64,000 nt of DNA from Thermoproteota archaeon (GTDB lineage: Archaea > Thermoproteota > Thermoprotei_A > Sulfolobales > Ignisphaeraceae). The translations under genes and the position numbers were made by a program. Below, in pieces: positions 1 to 8,726 of this stretch (position 1 is the first letter of the stretch; every line of letters begins with the position of its first letter). The stretch lies in contig JAUQPB010000002.1 in assembly GCA_030550585.1 (NCBI GenBank), positions 128,001 through 192,000 on the forward strand. Reading direction: 5' to 3'. Below the pieces are notes generated by a model. The model searched no databases. It worked only from the letters and a program-made list of their open reading frames with translations, and was not told where the DNA came from.

Positions 1-2
1 GG

Positions 3-323
3 AATGTGTACTTCGGCTATCCATGGGGCAGTGGCTGGGTGTACATAGCCTTCTTCCCATCACAGCCTCTACAGAGGGGATCGATAGCTCTAGACATAAG
101 AGCGTTTATAGAGAAGGCTGCAGAGATAATAAACCAGCAAAGAGCTGATCTAGGAATCAACCCATCGACAATAGGAAACTTCTACGTGATGACAATAGAG
201 TTCGGCTCTGAAGTCTTCTACACACAGAATGTTGATGTTGATTGGGCTATCTTCAGATACTATCTAGCATTATATCCAATATCAGTGGACACAGTATCAG
301 CATTAACATCGCTTCCAAAATAA
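3..323 (+). CDS. C-terminal part of a GH12-family endo-beta-glucanase (5' end outside window)
   Basis: GWVYIAF and IEFGSEVF resemble the GW.Y.AF and EFGTE (acid/base Glu) motifs of archaeal/Thermotoga GH12 enzymes. Confidence 0.65.
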   Translation, partial: NVYFGYPWGSGWVYIAFFPSQPLQRGSIALDIRAFIEKAAEIINQQRADLGINPSTIGNFYVMTIEFGSEVFYTQNVDVDWAIFRYYLALYPISVDTVSALTSLPK

Positions 324-587
324 TTTAAAAAATAATTTAATTTTTAATAAAACTTTTCTATCCTATTGATTAGCTCCGATATTCTGGAAACCCACTAGAT
401 TGTATGTTTCGCCAACTAAAGCTTATACATATTGTGGCATATCATTTCTTGAGTTGTGGAATTTATTTACTGTTCTATTCATTTACATGTTCCATGAAGC
501 TAAAAAGATAAAAAGATTTATGAGGGCAGGTCTTAAGTCTATTTTCAAGTACTTTTTAAATATGTTTTCAATGATTGGGGAATTACC

Positions 588-2324
588 TTGCGTTCGTTTA
601 GGGGTGGCAAACTTGATGTAGGATATTTTATTGGTCTTGCAGTATCATTATTTGTTCTGGTTTCCGAAACTGTATTGTTGGTTCTTAACATAGATTTGGT
701 CAAGGTTAATTCAATTAGTGAGTTTATAAGCAATGCATTGAAATTTTCGCTTCTTTGTTCATATATAATGACGCTCTTTGGTATACCAGCGTTAATTTCT
801 TGGTCTAGCGATGCGGCGAGAAATATTGTTAATTTATATAGAAGGTATTCTATTATGAGTCTCACCTCATTGGATGAGAGTAAAATAAGAGTGGGAATAA
901 ACGTTCTCTTTGTAGTGATATCAATATCTCTTTTCATGGTGATACTATCAATAATTTATAGGACTCCCATATTGTCTATAGCATCTTTTGTACCGCTATT
1001 TGTATTTATATTCATTCTGATGAAACCGGTTATTGATGTTAAGCATCATAGTAGTTCTGTTGATGCAGAATTGAAGTGGTTTATGATTTTGCTTCTTGTT
1101 GTAGAGTATGTTGGAAGTGGAATAGATTTTCTTGTGAAAAAGATCTCCAGATCTAACCTTCTACGACATATTTCAAGAGAGTTGAGTGTTATTAAAAGAG
1201 ATGCTCTGCTATATTTCCAATCTTATGTCGAAGCAATTATTCAAAGAGCCAAGACAACGCCTAGTGAGAAGCTTAAGAGAATATTATTAGGGTATGCTAT
1301 GAGACTTAGAGAGGGTGGGGATGTTGTAGCATGGTTAAAAACAGTATTAGGAGAAGAGTTGATCAAATGGGAGTGGGAGACAAAGATATATTCTGAAAGA
1401 GTGGCACTCATAGTTCTTCAAATAGCTATTGCAGTATTTGTCTTGCTGCCAACATTAGTAGTTGCAATACCTATCATAAGTTGGAGAATAGCTATAATGG
1501 CGGTGATTTTGGCAACACCGCTGTTATGTATAATAGCTTATGCCACTAGGCCAAAATCGTTAAATAGAATTAGCAGTAGTATGTTGCTAACCCCGCTAAT
1601 TGTATTAGGTGTCACATCATCACTGTTGTTTATATATATTGGTAGCCAGGGCATAGTTTTGGGATGGATCATAGCATCTATAGCAAGTATAAACGTGAAT
1701 AAGCAGTTAAAGGAGATAGAAACTCTTGATAGAGAGTCTCTAGAGATTCTAAAAATGGCTGCTGAGCTTAAGAAACATGGTTATGAAATTCCTAGGGCAT
1801 TGAGCATCATAGCAAACAGCACATCAATTAGCGCAAAAACGTCTAGGCTTTTAAAGCATATAAATTCAATAGTTGAATCCGGACACGGTTTTGATGAAGC
1901 AATAGCTGTTGTCTCCTCACCTTCGTTTCAATTCAATTTTGTGTTGCTACTTCTAGGGTTAATGTATGAGAGTGGCGGAGGCGATGAAGAGGCGATACAA
2001 ACAGTGTATGAGTACTTGTATAGATACAAAGCATATGAAAGCAATATCAAGAAAGCCTCATATATATTTGAATTCTTTGCTGTAGCCAACCTAGCTATAA
2101 TCTTGTGGGTATGGAGGACACTACATCCAATGTTTGCTTCAAATATTCTTCAGTTTGTAGCTATAACATTATTGCCAAATAGTGCTATAGCACTTATAAT
2201 TGTGGTATCTTTAATCGGATACTCGTTAGTATCTTCAATTATTAGAAGTGGATTCCCAGTAATAGATGCTGTGAGAAGCATACCACTAGCATTACTCGCC
2301 TCGCTCGTAATTTCATTCCTATAA
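588..2324 (+). CDS. Type IV pilus/T2SS F-domain (TadC-like) membrane platform protein
   Basis: Two repeats of the TadC pattern (e.g. REGGDV, ESGGGD) with TM clusters; directly upstream of pilin genes; start uncertain. Confidence 0.75.
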   Translation: MRSFRGGKLDVGYFIGLAVSLFVLVSETVLLVLNIDLVKVNSISEFISNALKFSLLCSYIMTLFGIPALISWSSDAARNIVNLYRRYSIMSLTSLDESKIRVGINVLFVVISISLFMVILSIIYRTPILSIASFVPLFVFIFILMKPVIDVKHHSSSVDAELKWFMILLLVVEYVGSGIDFLVKKISRSNLLRHISRELSVIKRDALLYFQSYVEAIIQRAKTTPSEKLKRILLGYAMRLREGGDVVAWLKTVLGEELIKWEWETKIYSERVALIVLQIAIAVFVLLPTLVVAIPIISWRIAIMAVILATPLLCIIAYATRPKSLNRISSSMLLTPLIVLGVTSSLLFIYIGSQGIVLGWIIASIASINVNKQLKEIETLDRESLEILKMAAELKKHGYEIPRALSIIANSTSISAKTSRLLKHINSIVESGHGFDEAIAVVSSPSFQFNFVLLLLGLMYESGGGDEEAIQTVYEYLYRYKAYESNIKKASYIFEFFAVANLAIILWVWRTLHPMFASNILQFVAITLLPNSAIALIIVVSLIGYSLVSSIIRSGFPVIDAVRSIPLALLASLVISFL

Positions 2325-2361
2325 CATTTTATAAATCTTGCATCTAAACCCGGGGGAGCAG

Positions 2362-2853
2362 ATGAACAGTCAGATAAATAAAGGTATTAGTGAACTACTA
2401 GCAATAGTACTTGGCATTGTAATAACTATAGCAATCGGTATGGCACTGTTCACATTGATTCCTGGATACTTCAACTCATTGCAACAACAGCAAAGGATTG
2501 CAATAACTGGTTTCAATATAAATGCAGTAGATAATAAGGTAGCTATTGCAACAGTCAATATAAAGAACTTGGGCACAAAGGACATCAGCAACATAACTAT
2601 TTATATCAGTTCTTCGAGAAACGTAAGTTATATTCTATTACCTATAAACAAGATTGAGGGAGTATGCTATAATAATAGTGCTGCGGTGGTATGTTCTGTC
2701 TCCATAGCTCCAGGACAAGAAACGTCTATAGCTCTCCAGCTAAAATCCGCAGGCCCCTCTATTGTTATAGGCGATAAAGTTGTTGTAACGGTTGTTGCGA
2801 CATTTGTTGACAAAAGCATCTCAACAGGCTCTGCCACAGGATACATATACTAG
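2362..2853 (+). CDS. Archaeal type IV pilin
   Basis: Class III signal peptide NKG|ISELLAIVLGIVITIAIG, then beta-rich domain with IKNLG; ATG at 2362 preferred. Confidence 0.85.
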   Translation: MNSQINKGISELLAIVLGIVITIAIGMALFTLIPGYFNSLQQQQRIAITGFNINAVDNKVAIATVNIKNLGTKDISNITIYISSSRNVSYILLPINKIEGVCYNNSAAVVCSVSIAPGQETSIALQLKSAGPSIVIGDKVVVTVVATFVDKSISTGSATGYIY

Positions 2854-2869
2854 CTCTAAAATGAGATAG

Positions 2870-3325
2870 GTGTTTGAAGCAATGTACAAAACATCATCTT
2901 TTTACATACACATACATTTATACAAGGCTATAACAGGATTTGTCGCACTATTAATTCTTCTTTCAATAAGTGTGGTAATAGGTGTTGCCGTCTTCCTAAA
3001 TCTTAATAAAATGTATAACATATCTAACCCATTTATCAATGAGAGAGTAGAATTAAAGATTAGGTGTTTTCTGGTTACAGCCGACGGATATTTATGCATA
3101 GCTTCAAATCCGTTGGGCAGTCCAATCAACATTAGCCTGCATTTAGTCAATGGAAGCATCTATGAATTTGTTGTACAACCAAACACTGTTACTCCAGTAC
3201 CATGTACACCCTCTGGACTCTGTGGATATTTTCGAGATAAGATTATTTATGGAGAGGCTGCAGCTGTAGAAGGTATAGCCAACTCATTTAATGGAAAAAT
3301 TTATGTAGTTATCGACTATGGGTGA
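2870..3325 (+). CDS. Pilin-like protein (minor pilin)
   Basis: KA|ITGFVALLILLSISVVIGVAV class III-like signal; sits in pilin operon. Confidence 0.6.
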   Translation: MFEAMYKTSSFYIHIHLYKAITGFVALLILLSISVVIGVAVFLNLNKMYNISNPFINERVELKIRCFLVTADGYLCIASNPLGSPINISLHLVNGSIYEFVVQPNTVTPVPCTPSGLCGYFRDKIIYGEAAAVEGIANSFNGKIYVVIDYG

Positions 3326-3331
3326 GAAAAC

Positions 3332-4636
3332 ATGCTTGTAAGGGCACAAGGGGAGTATGTTTCAGCAATTATAATGATCATTATAATGGTTCTTTTCACG
3401 ATCTTAGCATCTGAGTGGGGTACATACATTACGCAACTAGGTTATAAAATGATTAATGATATGAAATCATCTAAAGAGAATTTGGATTTAGACCTTCAAT
3501 ATGAAGATAATGGATATAAACTATTTGTGGTGAACAAATGGAGTGGAACATCAATAATAAAGGGTCTTATCATTCTATACAACGACTCTATGGCGCAATA
3601 TATAAACATGTCTAGTATAATAGTGCCTGTAGGTAGTGCTACAACACTAAGCATTAATTTGTCTAATTATCCAAATGTAGATAGGGTTTGCATATACACA
3701 AGCAACTTAAACCTCTTCTGCCGCCCCCTTTCAAAATCTCATCAATTAACACTAAATGTAGAAGAAGGCTATTGGTATGCCATACCAAAAAGTATTCTTG
3801 GAAACTCGAGTGGCTATAAAATTATAGAATCTAGAACAGGAAAAGAAATACAAGCATATACATGGGATGCCAATAGAAGTTACATAATCTTCTATGCAGA
3901 CACCTCAACTACTTTTACTATTCAAAAAAGCGACGAGCAATTGCCAATATTAGATACAAAGTCGTGGTTTAAGCCAAATATTGTCGCACCTCTATTAGAA
4001 CTGGATGTGGTACACTCGTTTGATTGGACGATTAATAGCGTCTGTGGTGTAGGGCCTGTCTATGGCTGTGGATATGCATATCAATATGCATATACAGATA
4101 TCAAAGAAGAGTCTTTTTGGTTTGATGGCAAAGCTGTACACTATGTAGCAACAATAGAATACTCTTTCCCCAACCAAATTGAATTCTATTATTATGCAGG
4201 AGGAGAAATAACTAAGATTTCGCTTAAGCTATTCGGTACTGACAATATACCAGAATGGAGTGATTGGTCTTCAAAGATAAAAATAATTAACATCGAAATA
4301 GCAGCCAATTTAGGTGCCTATATAAATGGGGATGCCCGGATCATGAACAAGCAATTCACATCCCTCGGCAATCGATGTGTCCTCAGAAGCGATGTGGAAG
4401 GCGCATATTTTAGTTATGCGCCATCACAAGTAGAAATAACATCAAATACCACTGCAATTATAACCACGAGTAATAGTGAAGGAGCTATATGCGCATTCGA
4501 GCCATATAATATAGTAAAAGTTAAAGTCGAAAGCAACTTACCACTTGTATCTATACACATCAATAAGATTTATCAGAGCAGTCAACAAGGAATTATATTT
4601 GCTCCTAATGGAAATAAAATTAGAATAATTGGCTGA
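3332..4636 (+). CDS. Large pilin-like protein / putative adhesin
   Basis: RA|QGEYVSAIIMIIIMVLF class III signal; long beta- and aromatic-rich extracellular region. Confidence 0.6.
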   Translation: MLVRAQGEYVSAIIMIIIMVLFTILASEWGTYITQLGYKMINDMKSSKENLDLDLQYEDNGYKLFVVNKWSGTSIIKGLIILYNDSMAQYINMSSIIVPVGSATTLSINLSNYPNVDRVCIYTSNLNLFCRPLSKSHQLTLNVEEGYWYAIPKSILGNSSGYKIIESRTGKEIQAYTWDANRSYIIFYADTSTTFTIQKSDEQLPILDTKSWFKPNIVAPLLELDVVHSFDWTINSVCGVGPVYGCGYAYQYAYTDIKEESFWFDGKAVHYVATIEYSFPNQIEFYYYAGGEITKISLKLFGTDNIPEWSDWSSKIKIINIEIAANLGAYINGDARIMNKQFTSLGNRCVLRSDVEGAYFSYAPSQVEITSNTTAIITTSNSEGAICAFEPYNIVKVKVESNLPLVSIHINKIYQSSQQGIIFAPNGNKIRIIG

Positions 4637-4727
4637 TCTATTAACAAACTAAACTTTTTATCTTAATTATATATCTTCAGCATTGTATTTGTTTACCTAT
4701 CGATGCTTACATAAAGTAAAGCTTTAG

Positions 4728-4813
4728 TCCCGCCGGGGGGACTTGAACCCCCGACCACCCGGTATCCGCCCGCCTCACTACAGCCGGGCGCTCTGCCGCT
4801 GAGCTACGGCGGG
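4728..4813 (-). tRNA. tRNA-Tyr(GTA) with 14-nt intron at canonical 37/38 position (intron 4764-4777); CCA not encoded
   Basis: Reverse complement folds as a cloverleaf: CCCGCCG acceptor stem (C1:G72, archaeal Tyr), CCCGG-CTGTAG-[TGAGGCGGGCGGAT]-A-CCGGG, GGTTCAAGTCC T-loop. Confidence 0.95.
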
Positions 4814-4920
4814 TTTTGCCAATCAAGTTCTATATATTTTTAGCTTTATAAGGTTTTATTCTCATTATTCAGTATACTAAAATATAATAAAATAGTCAGC
4901 AAGTTTTTGGTGTTGATAAG

Positions 4921-4972
4921 ATGATGAGGGAGGTGATCTTATTTGATTGATGATAGAAGATCAACCGACTGA
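4921..4972 (+). ncRNA. C/D box sRNA; guides complementary to 16S rRNA 3' end and 5' end
   Basis: C ATGATGA, D' TTGA, C' TTGATGA, D CTGA; guides GGGAGGTGATCTTAT and TAGAAGATCAACCGA. Confidence 0.8.
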
Positions 4973-4980
4973 ATAGGTTT

Positions 4981-5029
4981 TCAGCCCATGAAAGTTGCAT
5001 CATCTTTCAGAATCTGCCGGAATCATCAT
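4981..5029 (-). ncRNA. C/D box sRNA
   Basis: Minus strand reads ATGATGA-TTCCGGCAGATT-CTGA-AAGATGA-TGCAACTTTCATGGG-CTGA. Confidence 0.85.
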
Positions 5030-5077
5030 GGCAAAACGAGTTCTTCTAAGCATTGTACTATTTATTAACTCGGTATT

Positions 5078-5950
5078 TTATGCTTTAGGTCTTTCTTTCA
5101 AGTAGTTGAGAATGGCAAGCACTATTAGTACAGCCTCCTCTGTTCTAATACTTTCAACACCTTGGCGTGGAACAAAATTGACTATATGGTTACAATAATC
5201 ATTTATGTTTATACCACTTTTTTGCGCTATTTCATCTACATCTAGTTTTGGCCCTCCGAATACCACATTGAGTTTGTTGTACATCTTCAGTTCTTTGCTA
5301 AGGATGTTTTCAACTTCATATATCATCTCACCCTTTTTTGATGCACATATCACTAGATATCCACAGCTTTTGAGAAACTGTAGAAGCTCTTTCATATCTT
5401 TGAAAATTTTTGTTGTGAACCCCCAATAAATATCAATGCTATTTCTATCTATAGGAATACCAATATAGCTATTGTCAAGCTCTTTCTTCAATACCACAGT
5501 TATCCGTTTTCCTATTGGCAAATGTTTATATACTATAACATGTTTTTTCATCCCAACATCAACAACGCTTTTTATATCATTAGATGATATGACAACGCCT
5601 TCTCTAATATTTGCTCCAAATGATTCTGGTACGTGATGAACACTTTTGAGTGGCTGTAGAAGGCCTGCAAGCCTCAACTTAGGATCTATTTTAATTATCT
5701 TTTTTCTCAAATAAGGTGGTGTTTCTTGATATTGCAACAAAGAGTTTATGTACTCGGCATTATCTTTAGAATCGTCTGCATATATCATAATCTCTTCAAC
5801 TCTAAATATTGCAGCGGCTCTTCCAACATAACCTATCTTTCTAACCTTCTCTCTATCGTCAAATACATCACTTATTAATGATGATGGGATTGAAAATGTA
5901 GTCAAAGGAAAGGTTCTCCAGGGCTTTGTCAGATCATCCATAGCGATCAT
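5078..5950 (-). CDS. SPOUT-family RNA methyltransferase (MTH1/DUF171 type)
   Basis: GRAAAIFRVEEI, YQETPPYLRK, VVFGGP, PRQGVESIRTEEA motifs. Confidence 0.85.
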   Translation of the reverse strand: MIAMDDLTKPWRTFPLTTFSIPSSLISDVFDDREKVRKIGYVGRAAAIFRVEEIMIYADDSKDNAEYINSLLQYQETPPYLRKKIIKIDPKLRLAGLLQPLKSVHHVPESFGANIREGVVISSNDIKSVVDVGMKKHVIVYKHLPIGKRITVVLKKELDNSYIGIPIDRNSIDIYWGFTTKIFKDMKELLQFLKSCGYLVICASKKGEMIYEVENILSKELKMYNKLNVVFGGPKLDVDEIAQKSGININDYCNHIVNFVPRQGVESIRTEEAVLIVLAILNYLKERPKA

Positions 5951-6074
5951 CTGCTTTGGTTGCTAAAAACAGATTTTAGGCTATCTACATCATCTCTCTG
6001 TAGCAACTTATTAAACGTAATATTGTGTAGCAACAGGATATGCCCTACATAGGGATTAGAGGTTGATTGATTTT

Positions 6075-6123
6075 TCAGTCCAGAAACCGTTCATCACAAA
6101 TCAGGTTATCTAGCCATCATCAC
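6075..6123 (-). ncRNA. C/D box sRNA directly downstream of translin gene
   Basis: GTGATGA-TGGCTAGATAAC-CTGA-TTT-GTGATGA-ACGGTTTCTGGA-CTGA; all four boxes match consensus. Confidence 0.9.
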
Positions 6124-6130
6124 AGATGCA

Positions 6131-6769
6131 TTACAATTTTACTTGGCCTGTCCTTGCGGATTCTATAGTTCTAACTAGTCTAATCCTAGATAAAAGGTCT
6201 ATCAGCAACTCTCTCCAGTCATCTAAGACTTTTCTATATACATCAATTTTCCTTTTTAAGCCTGGAACAACATTTTCTAAATGGCCCAATTCAGAGACTT
6301 CATTGAATATCTTCTCAGCAAGTTTAAAGATCTTCAAACTTTCATCATATTTATCTTTCTCGATAAGTTCAAGAGAATATCTCTTTAACTCGCCAATAAC
6401 ATCAAGAAGCCCTAAGATGTAAGATGCTGGGCGCACAATGTTTAACTCGTTAAATGTTTTGAATTTATTCTCGGCAACAATATGATAAAATGTTATAGCC
6501 TCAACATATTCTGCCTCTACCGAAGTATAGAAATTAGAGTAAAGCAATTCAGGATGCTGCATTACCTGCTTTCTGAATACTGAAAAAGCTTCTTCGAGCT
6601 TCTTAGCATATTCAGTATTGCAATCATTATATAAGCAACTTATTATTAAACGTCTACAATAAACTAAAATGTCTCTACTAAGCTTTATCGCATTTTCTTT
6701 GGCATTACTAAGGATCTCTAAATAGGTTTTCACATCATTTATTACGTGAACCTCATTTTCATTACTCAT
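6131..6769 (-). CDS. Translin/Trax (C3PO) family protein
   Basis: EYVEA, YILGLLDVIGELKR and LKRKIDV motifs; likely start MSNENE at 6769 rather than 6862. Confidence 0.85.
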   Translation of the reverse strand: MSNENEVHVINDVKTYLEILSNAKENAIKLSRDILVYCRRLIISCLYNDCNTEYAKKLEEAFSVFRKQVMQHPELLYSNFYTSVEAEYVEAITFYHIVAENKFKTFNELNIVRPASYILGLLDVIGELKRYSLELIEKDKYDESLKIFKLAEKIFNEVSELGHLENVVPGLKRKIDVYRKVLDDWRELLIDLLSRIRLVRTIESARTGQVKL

Positions 6770-6798
6770 CCAAACCCATCTCAAAATATTGTATACTA

Positions 6799-6857
6799 GG
6801 GGGCTCCCCCCACCACATACAACCCCATTATGCGGGGCGCAATTTGGTGGGGTACAA
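6799..6857 (-). other. GC-rich stem-loop upstream of translin (structured leader or small RNA)
   Basis: CCCCACCA/TGGTGGGG outer stem and CCCC/GGGG inner stem in AT-rich DNA; TTATAA boxes at about 6880-6896. Confidence 0.55.
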
Positions 6858-7003
6858 CACATATGATATACTATAGAGGTTATAAGACTTTATAATCAAC
6901 ACATCAAAAATTTGTAATGCTCGATTACCCATGAAGTAGATAAAGTTGCTTTGTTAGGTGCTATCATGATTTCTGTAGTATGAGTGATAAATTGAATGAA
7001 TAT

Positions 7004-7053
7004 TCAGTTTAGGACCACTACATCATGTGGTCAGGCGCTCGACGGATCATCAT
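7004..7053 (-). ncRNA. C/D box sRNA, probably targeting 23S rRNA domain V
   Basis: ATGATGA-TCCGTCGAGCGC-CTGA-CCAC-ATGATGT-AGTGGTCCTAAA-CTGA; D' guide complements CGCUC(A/G)ACGGA-like 23S sequence. Confidence 0.85.
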
Positions 7054-7412
7054 ATAGCTGCTTAGCCCGTCACATTCTTTTTAAATTATAGTGTAAACAT
7101 TACAGCTAGGACTAAGCTATTATATAACTACATTACTATAATCAAATTTATAAAGTTTTAATTATAGTATACAGTTCAGCTAAGATTAGTTAGAGAGTAG
7201 CTTGCATTTTCATATATGTGAAGGGATTCAATTGTAAGACCATCACTTATAATATTTAATCATTTCAGAGTTGGTAAATGAATGGTGTTGTATTGGTCTC
7301 CATTTAAATTTAATTCTGTAATGTTGGCTTGACATTTTTAAACATTTTAGGGATTCATTAAGACTTATTAATAAAGGTACATAAACAGCGTAGATCTTAA
7401 GCTAATGTCAAT

Positions 7413-8594
7413 ATGTGTCTGGTGGGCGATATGAGTGGAGATAGGAACAAGAAATGGCTTTATGTTTTTATTTTGCTGGGACTCGTTTCATTAACAGCAG
7501 ATATGGTATATGAAGGTGGTAGATCTGTTGGCGGCTCTTATATAGAATCTCTTGGCGGCTCTGCAATAGCTTCTGCCATTGCTGGCTCAGGCGATTTAAT
7601 TGGATATGGACTTCGATTTGTAAGTGGTTTTCTAGCTTCTCTCTTTGCTTCTTCAGCTATTTTCTGGGGCTTCACCATATTGGGATATGCGATAACTGTT
7701 TCAGCTATTCCTCTTCTATCTTATGCAAATTCGTGGGAATTGGCAACACTGTTGTATCTTCTAGAGAGAGTGGGGAAGGGGCTTAGAACTCCTACAAGAG
7801 ATGTTATATTGGCTGAGGTCACAGAAAATATTGGTAAGGGCAAGGGATTTGGCATACATGAGCTAATGGATCAAATAGGAGCTGTTGCAGGGCCGGTCTT
7901 AGTATCAATTGCGCTGGCTGTTTATGGATATAAAATAGCTTTTATGTTGCTTTTAGTACCTGGAGTAGCATCAATGCTATTTCTATTGGTTGCATATCTT
8001 CTTTACCCATCGGTAAAATCGGTGGAGGTTTCTGTACCTAAGATAAGCTTTAGTGGCATGGGAAAGAAGTTTTGGTTATACATAGCCTCCATGATAATGT
8101 TTTCATTAGGCTACATACATTGGATGGTTGTATCATATTATTTGAAATACTGGGGCGTACTTACAGATCCTGAAGTAGCTCTAGCATATACACTAGCAAT
8201 GTTAACTGATGCTGTTGTTGCTGTACCCATAGGCATTATTTATGACAAACTAAAGTTTAAGAGTCTCTATATAGCTCCTCTAGCAGCATTAGGAGCAACA
8301 CTAACCCTATTAGCAAACTTGCACAATCCCGTAAAAACCATGGCACACGCTTCATCAGCTTTCTGGGGTATTACAATGGGATGCTTTGAAACAATTATGA
8401 GAGCCTCCATAGCAGATATCTTACCTCCAGACAAAAGAGCTATGGGCTATGGCATCTTTGGCCTCATATATGGCATTTCATGGACACTTGGAGCATTTGT
8501 TTTCTCATATCTCTTACAGTTATCAGTTGTGGCCACAGCAGTTTACGCAATAGTGACGCAAATTACTTCAATAGCGTTAATAACGCTTATATGA
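7413..8594 (+). CDS. MFS transporter
   Basis: About 12 TM segments; ERVGKGLRTPTRD and GKGFGIHELMDQIGA motifs. Confidence 0.85.
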   Translation: MCLVGDMSGDRNKKWLYVFILLGLVSLTADMVYEGGRSVGGSYIESLGGSAIASAIAGSGDLIGYGLRFVSGFLASLFASSAIFWGFTILGYAITVSAIPLLSYANSWELATLLYLLERVGKGLRTPTRDVILAEVTENIGKGKGFGIHELMDQIGAVAGPVLVSIALAVYGYKIAFMLLLVPGVASMLFLLVAYLLYPSVKSVEVSVPKISFSGMGKKFWLYIASMIMFSLGYIHWMVVSYYLKYWGVLTDPEVALAYTLAMLTDAVVAVPIGIIYDKLKFKSLYIAPLAALGATLTLLANLHNPVKTMAHASSAFWGITMGCFETIMRASIADILPPDKRAMGYGIFGLIYGISWTLGAFVFSYLLQLSVVATAVYAIVTQITSIALITLI

Positions 8595-8726
8595 GAGAGA
8601 TATGGTGGCCAACTATCTGCGACTTAGAACCACATGTTTATTTAAACATATTAAAACTACTAATAATGGTTTATACATTATAAAAACTTTTATTCAGAGG
8701 CATGAGAATGTTTAACAAATCTTGTT

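Noticed and set aside
400-937. ORFs 400-621 (+) and 545-937 (-)
   Set aside because: No motifs; both overlap the TadC gene, like the many other short antisense shadow ORFs in the track
5945-5995. Possible extra C/D sRNA on the minus strand (ATGATGT...CTGT...CAGA)
   Set aside because: Boxes are too degenerate and there is no C' box
6770-6862. N-terminal extension MCCTPPNCAPH... of the translin ORF
   Set aside because: It is the translation of the GC-rich hairpin; family similarity starts near MSNENE (6769)
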